A DNA stretch of 64,000 nucleotides from positions 51,835,030 to 51,899,029 of the forward strand of contig NC_068981.1 in NCBI RefSeq assembly GCF_001194135.2, in the 5' to 3' direction. The notes beneath the pieces are model-generated. The model ran no database searches. It saw only the letters and a list, made by a program, of their open reading frames with translations, and was not told the origin of the DNA. The stretch is from Octopus bimaculoides (taxonomy: Eukaryota). Below are positions 52,541 through 64,000 of this stretch, piece by piece; within the stretch, counting starts at the first letter, position 1, and the number at the start of each line of letters is the position of its first letter. The position numbers were made by a program, and so were the translations under genes.

Positions 52541-55500
52541 TGGGATAATGAGAGACGAATTTCTCAGATTATAATAATTCGGGATCCGAAGTATCTGACT
52601 AGAATCCGCATCAGTAACAATTAATCCGTAGAACTTGTAGGAGAGCCATATGTTAGCCATACAAAAATTATAATCAGAATTTCATGCTGATTAAATACTC
52701 ATTATTTATGCAGTGCTCTCGTTATGTAGCATTGCTTTGCACAAATAAGTGCATGATAATTCATGATAATACAAATAAGTGCATGATATACAGGAGGATA
52801 ATTCCAGCACAAGCGTATTTGGTTTGAACAATTGAGACAGTCCTCTTGCTTACAGACGCTATGTTCTAATGATGGCAGGTTACTGAGAATGATGCCCTCT
52901 ATACTTTATCTGAGAGTGGGTAAAAGAGAGAGAGAGAAAATGAAAGAGAAAGAGAGGAAGAAATGAAGAAAGGGTATACAGACTGATAAAAAAAATTGAA
53001 TGTAAGTTAAATAAAAAATAACAGGATTGTTGCCCTTAATTTAGAAATAAGGGTTTTGTTCAAAATCCAGCTTAGTACTATCTACACTTCTACAAATAAG
53101 ACACCAGATGACGAGCGGACATCAAAAGAGTATGTAGAAAAAGATAAATAATCCGACAAAATATACAAATCTATAATTTGTTTACGTTCTCCACATGAGA
53201 CATTAACAGAAATTTATATTTTTAATCCCATACTAAAGGTAAGGGGTAAATTCTTATCAAAATACTCACCTTCTTTCGATATATAGCAAATTTTGATTCA
53301 AAATCAATTAAATTAATAGCTAAAAATCGAAACTTGAGTTTTATAATCTCGGAAAACAACATTGATTAGAAAGGTTGGTAGGACTTCCTTGATCAAGTGG
53401 CAAAATACCACATTTATTCCACACTAGTAGTAGAAAATAAAAAAAGATGTGACACAATTTCAAATATCATACTTCTTAAGGAATTAGACAAGTATCATTC
53501 TTCGAATAATTAATCTCCTCTTTGCGATCATCATCTGATATATTATTTCTGGAGTTACTCATAGCACTGGACTTGATTTTAATTAAAAACCTTTACCTCT
53601 AAACTAAGGATGACGAAATTGTTATATCCATTAGGCTAAAAAATAATTTTGCCACTTTTAGAAAAGTCTTTGAATAATAGCTTCTATTTCTGATGTTCCA
53701 GATTATTATCATGATTTTAACAATCTGGAAACTGTGCTTTGTTTAATCTACACGAAACAATACATAGAAACACCAGAATGTTCTAGATTAATTTTGCAAC
53801 AAGTTCCTTCAGAACATCAGATCTATTAGCCACAAGAAACTGACTCACACTCATGCTCGAAATGTTGTCTTACTGTCTAACGCAGCTGGGAATGACAGCT
53901 TCTGAGAGAACAGGATTTCTTTCAGGTAACAGCAGAAATCATGACTATAGCTAAGGTTGCAATAAGAGAGAAGTGATCAATTATCAATATGTAATTTTTT
54001 GCAGCATAGGAACTAAAATTTTCTTACAGTATTATGAGTTTTGCAATATTCTCATTTCATCTACTTTGTAACAAAGGAAAATACAAATCCCCAGTACAGA
54101 AGTAATTCAAACTGATAATATTGCAATATTATAACAACCTCTTGCTTTGATGCATAAACCGCCATGAAATTATCCAAACACTAAATTGCACACTACAATA
54201 CTCTACAATTCCGTACCTTTTCATTTATATATCACTAAAGTAAACTTTGCCACTCTACACTCCTATTCCAGGAGTGTCAAACATACTTCTCTTGAGCTAT
54301 ATCCGACCCGCAGAAGTATTTTGTCTAGCCCCCATCTCAATTTTATTTATATAAAAAAAAATGTTAACTTTAAAAATCTTTAAAATATATATATATAGCA
54401 AGCTTACGTTCAGAGCCGGAACCCAGCCAGATTTGTGATTAGAACTGGTTTTGATTAGTAAAATCAGGATATCTCTCTCATTGTAAGTACTTTTAATAGG
54501 ATTATATATAACATGCAAGATTTTCTCACACATCTCTGAACACCAATTTTGTATCATCTCGTATTCTTCTCTTTCTTTATTGTTAGTAAATTGTTTTAAT
54601 GTATATTGACCACTTTATCCATTTACTTTTGGCCAACACTATGAATAGAGTTTTTAGGAATAATTGTTCCTATACGGTTCGCGAAATCTACTTTATTCTT
54701 CAGCCTAGCCTGCGAAGCCAAACGCGTTTGACACTTCTGTCTTACACTATTATATACTCTTGGAACACTATTATATACTCCTGCACTAAATACATCATAA
54801 ATTATAGTTCTACTGCCTACTACATTACGAAAATAGACACTATTATTTCGCCGTCTTAACCATATATTTTTTTGTTTCATAAGCCACAACAATGGCATCA
54901 ACAATATTGCTGAAGGTGGAAAGAAGGAAGAGAGTATAAGGTAGTGCCTTTTAAATGGAGAAACTCAAGTGACGACTTCGATACTAACATTACAGCGGCC
55001 ATGAAAAAGAAAGTGTAGTAGAAATATCACATGGAGGAGTATGGGATGAGTAACTGGTTATGGGAAGGGTGAACAAAGAAGGAAAGACAATAATAATGGT
55101 ATGAAAAGTGTCGCGACGGATGCGTAGATGGCGTTGGTGGTAAATGGCATCAATGAAAATGGATAATTTCAAATACATTAACTATAAGAATGAAATGGAA
55201 GACAGTAGAAGTAGTGGTATCGTATTGCTATAAAAATAAAAATAACTTTCATCTCTGTCGTCGTCATCATCATCATCATCACATCATCATCGTCATGGAC
55301 AGCAATAAGAACAACACCATAATATTGATTATAATAAATGCAAGACGGATGTACATGTGTTTCTACCTCACTATTTCTTACCAAATCACTATGGAACGGC
55401 AAAGAAAGGAGCTACATTCCACTAGTAACTGTACTTTAAAGACAAGTTTAACAATACAAAAAAGAGTTAATAATTTACTGGCGAAATACTGTTTCTTTAA

Positions 55501-56709
55501 GTAGGGGACATCAAGAATGTGTAATTAAGGTGTCAGTGGCGTTAGACTGTATGCCTCTCAGCCAATTTTTGATAGATTGAAAATTACGTTCTGTCTGAAA
55601 TGGAAGTATTTAATTCGGTGACATCTGCAGATGTTGGATACATTTTAAATGAATTATAAATCGCTAATGTGTCAATATTTCTAGTAAAACTTGAACACGG
55701 TTGTATTTACATTTTGTAATAATAAAGTACACTAGTCTCGAAGTATTTTGTACTCATCATGAGTAAAGTTCCCCATAAGATGATTGCAGCAATTCAATGA
55801 TATGTTCTCTCTTCTTTTACAAACAGTCAATCCATTTACACAACACATACATGAACAAATACACATGCACACAGAAGTAGACAAATAAAACGCGTCTACA
55901 TATACAAAAGTAAAAGAAATATTTACTGAAGAAAACAAAATATATTCTCTTGTTCTAAACATTTGGAAAGAAGACTAGTGTCAAGCATTGCAGACAGTAA
56001 TCCAATAAAAACAAAACAGAGTTTTATATTTTTTTAATCAAAACGTGAGAATTTGGTATAGTATCAGTGTTGAAATTTCTGACTTTATTTTGTACTTAAT
56101 GAAATATCCATTCTCCCATACAGATCTCTATTATTCGATTCAGATTCCAATGATCAAATTCGGTTTTAAATTAACAATATCAAACTTCATTTGAGAATTA
56201 ATTTTCATTGTTGTTGGTTGAGACAACATTAAATGAATGAAATTAGAGGTCAACTGAATTGTCTTCTTTCTTTACAAGTAAAAGATTATATTTCTTCGTT
56301 TGCAGATGTACCCATATATTCACACGCAATACACTGTCTCATAGTGACTTGAATTATTGGAAAATCTACATCGACTTACAATTCCAGTGAAATAATGGAT
56401 ATGAGATATACGTAACAGTTGGCACATCGGTGAAAAGGTTTGCTTACAACCAAAAGATTACAAAGATCTGTGAAAATTTTGCTAATATTATTTTGTTTCG
56501 TTTTTTTTTTTTAGATTTCCTTAACACCTTGAACTATTCTGCATTTTATTGCTTCTTTTTTTTTAGTATGATTCTAATCACTGCACTTGACTTTATGTAT
56601 GTGTGTTTTTGTGCATATTATGCCAAGTCCACCACGCACGTGTATACATATATACACATATGTACACAGACACAAACATTCATACATGCGTGCGTGCGTG
56701 AGTACGTGT

Positions 56710-57431
<722 letters not shown>

Positions 57432-57632
57432 GTAGTAATATTAGGCTTTTTCCATGATCATGTCCAAACTTTTGTCTTCTGAAGAACCGCTCATAGCAAG
57501 AAAATTTTTGTATCATGGAGAGTATCATCAACTCCGAACAATTAAGGCCAATAGATATTTGAGAGCTCTTTCTCCTGCGTGTACATCCAAGTGGATAATG
57601 TATATGTGAGTATATGTATATTACACACCCTC

Positions 57633-57671
<39 letters not shown>

Positions 57672-57676
<5 letters not shown>

Positions 57677-57775
57677 GAGGTCTGATCAGAAAGTACGCGA
57701 ACTATTACTATAGTAACAGAGCTAAAGAACGCAGAGAAAATCCCCTTGACACAGATTAACCTTGGACTCTGATAG
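57672..57775 (+). mobile_element. Mariner-type 5' terminal fragment
   Basis: TA-CACGAGGTCTGATCAGAAAGT resembles mariner TIRs (TAYGAGGT.TG.TCAA.AAGT); sits at the edge of (TA)n. Confidence 0.45.
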
Positions 57776-58366
57776 ACGATAACTGATGAAGGGTCGTTCT
57801 TTATGTTACTTTCGTGTTTTTCATTTGATTCTCTTGTTGTTTGCGTATCAACCCATTTGTTTTCGTATTTCATGCTGTTTACGGTTTGTGACGGCTTGTA
57901 CCCATATATGCATATATAAGTGTGTGTGTGTACGTGCGTGTGTGTGTGTGTATGCATGTATGTATGTATGTATGTATGCATGTATGTATGTACGTATATG
58001 TATGCATATATATATATCATTTATATTATCATTTGATTGAACGCCATGACTGTAGTAATATCCGCGAAACGATCATAAGATATTTTATTCTTTAAACTTT
58101 AGGTTTCTTTATATTTTATATTTTAGAATTTATAATATTCATGCTTATTTATACATAAATTTTTATACGCATATATATTTAAACATATATATATCTATTT
58201 TTAGATTTTTATATGTATTCATATTTATATTCCGTATATTTATGTTTTAAACTTTTAAATTTATTATGTTACCATGTTATGTTGGATGTATATCTTTCGA
58301 AATATTAAATATTGATTTCCTGAATATATTATTGATGAGTTCTACGAATTTATTAATGATATAAAA

Positions 58367-58417
<51 letters not shown>

Positions 58418-58482
58418 NNNNNNNNNNNNNNNNNNNNNNNNNNNNNNNNNNNNNNNNNNNNNNNNNNNNNNNNNNNNNNNNN

Positions 58483-58543
<61 letters not shown>

Positions 58544-58546
58544 GAG

Positions 58547-60595
58547 TTTGAAATTCCTTGATACAGTTATAATATTTGGAGGGAAGAATTTTTCTCAAAG
58601 AGTTAAGATTGAGAAAAAAACCTTTTTAGAATGTCGAAAGACACTAACCATTGGGAAGTTATTTCACAAAATGTGTGTAGGCTTTACTTTTATATATGTG
58701 CAAGCGCTTTCAGTTCTTAACGTTTTTTAAGCACGTGTTAATGTATATAGTAGAAGTTGTTTTCATTAAAACTAGTTGTTGACTATTTCCGGTTTAGTTT
58801 CGGACTCAGAAATCTTATGAAATATCTTATGAAATATATACTCCTTCTGGAGTAGGTCGTTCTCTTCATTTATTTCATGATGAGGGAAAATTGTAATGAA
58901 AATTGTAAGGAACAAGAAAATTGTAAGGAACAAGAAAATTGTAAGGAACAAGAAAATTGTAAGGAACAAGAAAATTGTAAGGAACAATTTAAGTTCTGCA
59001 AGTTGTCTTTCTCTTCTATTTGTCTCCGAAACTACTATACATATTCGCCTTGCCATATTGAAGGGTATGTTCCTTTCTGTATGGGAAGGATGGCAAGATG
59101 TAAAGTCTAAATATTGGTGTGTGTATGTTTTCGTAATAGAAGTCAGTTGTCATAATCTCATTCTCTTTAATTATTGAGATATCTAGGAAGGGGAATTCCC
59201 TTTCATTCATTTCCATAGTGAATTGGATTGATCCATGGACGATGTTTATTATTTCAAAGAACTTTTTAAGGTCTTCCTTACTTCTGATCCAGAATATAAA
59301 GCAGTCATCCAAGTATCTTTTCCAGTTTCCCACTAGGTATGAGTGGAAGTTTTGGCCAAAAAAATCTGAGATAAGCAGTAGATTTTTTCTTCCAAATTAT
59401 CCATTACTAGTGTGGCAAGTGTAGGTGCCACCCTGGTACCCATCGCAGTCCCATATATTTGTAGGTAGTATTGGTTGTCAAAGAAGAAGTAGTTATTTTC
59501 TAGTACTAGCTGTAGCCCTTCAAGTATGAACTCCTTGGAAAATCTTTCTTGAATTCCTTGTGGGTGTTTGTGCATCCAGAACTCTACTGCTTCTCGTCCT
59601 AAGTTATGGGGGATATTGGTATAGAGTCTGACTACTTCAAAGCTGACAAATATGGTTTCTTTGTTCATTCTTTTTGGAATGTGGTTTAGGAAATCCATAT
59701 CATCTCTAATAAAACTAGGGACCAATTTGCATAGGGGTTTTAGAATTGTGTCAAGAAAGTTGCTTAGTCTTTGTGAGCTTGATGCTGGTCCTAGTACAAT
59801 TGGTCTTAATTTAAGATCAGATGGTCTGGGAATCTTTATCTAGGGAGTCTGGATGTCCTTCAAACAGTCCTTGATTTCTTTAGATTTGTGGATTTTCGGA
59901 AGACCATAGAAGTTACTGGTTTTTACTTCAAACTTAGTAAGGTAATCTAACTCGTTTTTTTTTATATGTGTTTGTAAGTTTACTAATCTTATTTAATGTA
60001 TACCTATCAAGATTATTTTCTAATGTTTTGTAGAAGTGTTGGTCATTTAGTAGCTCAAGGACCATTTCTCTATAATGGAGTTTGTCCATTATGACAATTG
60101 CCCCTTCTTTGTCCGCTTCTTTAATAATTATTAAGTGATCTTTTTGTAAACATTCCAAAGCTTCTTTTTCTTCATGCGTAATATTTGATTTTGAATGGCC
60201 CATTGTGATTTGGATTTTACAGATCTTTTCAGATACATTATATATTCCTCTAAGCATCTGTTTTTGTTTACTCCAGCTTGTCTGGTTCTTCGCAATCGAT
60301 GGGTCTTCCTTCTGTTTATTTTGAAAGAAATCTTTAAGGCGGAGTTTTCTGCAAAATTCTTCCGTGTCTTTAATAAGATCTACAGTTTTGCGTTGCGGGG
60401 TTGGTGTAAATTTGACTCCATATTTTAGAAGGTTAACGTCGTTTTCCATGAGGTTACTTTCTGAAATATTAATTACTTTTATATCAGTCTTCACTTTATT
60501 TCTTTCAAAATTCCATCTATTTCCTGTATCCTTAGGCTTCTCTTCTGTGTCTGTTTTGAGTTCGTATATCCTAAAAAGGGTTTCTTTTTTGTGAG

Positions 60596-60645
<50 letters not shown>

Positions 60646-61564
60646 GATGGCATTGTTATCATTATCATAATATTTCGATTCTGAGTGGTTGATCCAGTTA
60701 TTGAATCTTCGATATTTTTGTTGGAGATTATGGTTGCTTTAAGTTAAAGAAGAGTACTTTTCGGTTTTTCTATGGTTATTTCTAGCTCTGCGTGTTGGCT
60801 GGGTTTCTTCATTTTTAATTCTATTTTGGTTAGATTAGATTTTGCTGCAATATTTGTCTTATCTCGGTTTTTGGGACCTTCGATAGTTATTCCCCTTCGA
60901 TAGGTCGTATGATCTGTATGTGAGCTACTTCTAGTGGGGGTGTTTTTTTACCATTATTATTATTGATTTTCATGAAGTCTATCCCATACGTTTGTGGGTA
61001 TTTCTCTAACAAATTAATTTGTTTCTTCAGCATTTCGTTGGAGTTCTCCTCTTGTCTTTGTACTGCTCTCTTCCAAAGATCAAATATCTTGTCTCGTAAT
61101 AGTCCTTCTGTTCTATCAGATAATTTGTTTATATATGAAGGAATCATAGCTTTCAAATTTCTCTTTGTGACGTACTGTGTGAAGTTTTAGTAAGTTGATC
61201 TCCATATCAAATTTTTGAAGTGCGAGATTTAAACGAATCTGAGTTTCTTTACAATTTTCCCCTCTTCGTAAAATAAATGAAGAGAACGACCTTCTCCGGA
61301 AGGCAAAAGAAGAATATTTCATAAGATTTCTGAGTCCGAAACTAAACCAGAAATAGTCAATAACAATTTTTACTGAAAACAACTTCCACTATATACAATA
61401 ACACGTGCTTAAAAACGTTAAGATCTGAAAGCGCTTGCACATCTATAAAAGCAAAGCCTACACACACTTTGTGAAATAACTTCCAAATAGTTAGTGTCTT
61501 TCGACTTTGTAAAAAGGTTTTTTTCTCAATCTTAACTCTTTGAGAAAAAATATTCTCTCCAAAT
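58547..61564 (-). mobile_element. Penelope-like element with a reverse-transcriptase pseudogene and ~320-bp inverted terminal repeats
   Basis: Fragmented ORF: 'KVINIS..L.ENDVNLLKYGVKFTPTP', 'IIIKEADKEGAIVIMDK', 'FYGLPKIHK', 'LRPIV', 'LYTNIPH', 'GTAMGTRVAPTLATLVM', 'WKRYLDDCF', 'FPFLD'; 58574-58896 is the reverse complement of 61248-61564. Confidence 0.93.
58898..58987. repeat. Five perfect tandem copies of the 18-mer GAAAATTGTAAGGAACAA
   Basis: Counted directly: 58898, 58916, 58934, 58952, 58970. Confidence 0.95.
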
Positions 61565-61611
61565 NNNNNNNNNNNNNNNNNNNNNNNNNNNNNNNNNNNN
61601 NNNNNNNNNNN

Positions 61612-61645
<34 letters not shown>

Positions 61646-62279
61646 GTAACCAGATTATTTGATATGACTGTACAGCAATATTTATTATTTTGTTGGGAAT
61701 CTTTCACTATTCATTCTCTACCCAAAATCAATGCTGGTGGTTATACCTCTTTAGCGTGCACCAATTTTGTAAAATCTTTATTACCTGGTATATCCATCAA
61801 CTGTCTTGTCAGTAAATAATTCGTGTATAACAGTTAATTAAGTATTGAAAGGTGCACTGGTAACTTTTTATCAACAATAGGGAGGTCATGTCCCATCACC
61901 TTCTTAAACCTTTTAAAGCCGTTTTTGCAATAGAAATTTATTTTTAGCCTGGTGTGGTATCCATTTTAATTCTTAAAGGGGATTATTATGTTGAAGACAT
62001 TGCTCAGATTTTCTCTCTTTCGCGCTCTCTCTCCTTCTCTCTCTCTCATTTTCACTCCCTCCCACTGTCACTGTCTTTTTCTTTCCATCTCTTTCTCTCA
62101 CATTCTCTTTCTCTCTCTCTTTCACTCACTCACTTGTGCTCATTCTCTTTCCCTCTCTCACTCACTCACTCACTTGTGCTCTCTCTCTACTTTTCTGATT
62201 CACAATTTTTTTTATTTATATGTATCTCTCACTTATCAGTCTGCTGTGTCTCCTTCTCTATCTTCTTATCTCTTTCTCT

Positions 62280-62397
<118 letters not shown>

Positions 62398-62689
62398 GTC
62401 TCTGTCACAAGTACATAGCTCTCTTAAGGCTTTTCCGTAAAATATAAGTTTGACAGGTTGCTCCATTATGAATGTGACAATACTGAAATAATAATGATTT
62501 ACAAAATAAACACGAGGTAGCAAATTATGGAGTGGAGAACGGAGTCCATTAGATCATCTCTGTAGTTAGGTTTGAACTCAGAACGTCAAGGGCAAAAATA
62601 TAACGTTATACAATAATTTTAATCAGGTTCAATGTTTAGTAAAATAAGCATTCAAACCACAGCCTCGAGAGAATCAGGATACACAACAA

Positions 62690-63260
62690 CTAGGATTGCC
62701 TTTCACTCTGATCATCTTCTACAAACTCCAATGAGACGTATCAGTGCAGAGTGACAAAATGAGCCAAGCAAACTGTCAGGATGTAATTAATGTATATACT
62801 CTGATACACATCTCGATTTCTTCTTACCAAACATTGTCGAAAGCCATTGAGAAATTGTGAAAGTACAAGGTTCTTGAAGTTTAAATATCTAAGATGTCGG
62901 CCATGAAGGTGAAAATACTAGAAACATCAACTGAGGCTCACGGTATGATTAAAAACATCAACAAAGTCATAAAAACTATAATGGGGCTCACAACGTTATA
63001 TACAATCCCAATGATAATCCTACCAGGTACAGTCTGCATCGTTTACACAACAATTTGAGTTCAATAGCAGAACTTAACTATCATAGATAAGTGGTGGAGT
63101 GTTGGAAAAAACAGTGGGAAATTGGCAGACCTTTTTTGAGAGCATTTTGAAAACATCAGACTATGCAGCACCGAATAGTTTCGACCTGTAACTCACCATT
63201 TCAATCCTAAAGGACAACATTGCTTGCATCTCTTTATCTCTAGTGTCATTTTAGACCGCT
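62690..63260 (+). mobile_element. Penelope-like GIY-YIG relic
   Basis: 'GKLADLF*EHFENIRL', 'PVTHHFNPKG' resemble PLE GIY-YIG TGRRLADRF.EHL.DIR...PVA.HFNS.GH. Confidence 0.55.
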
Positions 63261-63521
63261 TTCAGTTGGTACTATGAATAACGTGGACTCAGTCTGAATG
63301 AACAAATTGTCTCGCTTTCTTTGTTAACACTGCCTTCTCCAAAGACTAATAAGCGATTCCCTATGCATTTCTTACCTTTGTTTCTTACCACGCATAAACG
63401 TACACGTACAAATAACTTATCTTCCCTACTGTCCATCCACCCATTGAATTCGCACACACTCCCATGGCATTATGTTCCATTCATTACAACTACACAGTAG
63501 CAGATATTTTACCAATGTATG

Positions 63522-63568
<47 letters not shown>

Positions 63569-64000
63569 ACACACACGAACCTCACACAAGTAAGCACACG
63601 TAACTTGAGATATATATACGTACATACCTACAAACACACACACGCCGACACACGCGCGCACGCACACACATAAATATGTTCTCAATAAAACAAATATACA
63701 CAACAAAAACAGATATCTTACTGTTATCTCCCTTGACAGAACGTTGAACTCTCATATTTCTTTCTTACAACATGAAATTGATTACCTTGTACTCTTGTTT
63801 ATTTTGACTGGAATTTTAATAACCTTATTGAATGTCATTACTACTTTGATTCAGATTACCGCTCAATACCAAAGTGATGCTATCGCCTATGTATTAACTG
63901 CTTGGATTCTATTCCATTCAGTCAATTTTGAGCGCAACACCAACCTCAGTCTTCGGAAATACCTCATCCTCAGTTGCTCTTTCATTTTCTTTTCCATTAT

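Noticed and set aside
58898-58987. CRISPR-like short repeats
   Set aside because: The copies are contiguous with no spacers, the context is eukaryotic and there are no cas genes.

Overview
AT-rich eukaryotic non-coding DNA, dense in microsatellites and retroelement relics, with many N-gaps next to simple repeats. The SINE and other repeat families look to me like those of octopod cephalopods; this is inferred from recognising the repeats, not from a database search. I found no host protein-coding gene I can support, and most ORF-track entries are microsatellite, N-run or antisense artefacts. Identifiable content: Penelope-like elements (PLEs; a ~3 kb RT-bearing copy with inverted terminal repeats at 58.5-61.6 kb plus three GIY-YIG-side relics), five RTE LINE fragments, four R4/Dong-type (RLE) non-LTR fragments, two CR1/Jockey-like relics, mariner relics including a MITE, and at least three tRNA-derived SINE families, one forming a six-copy head-to-tail array. 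The best candidate for an undescribed system is a ~330-bp element at 43.9-44.25 kb that joins a tRNA-like Pol III head, an (AAT)n linker and a well-formed minimal type I hammerhead ribozyme of the Penelope type.
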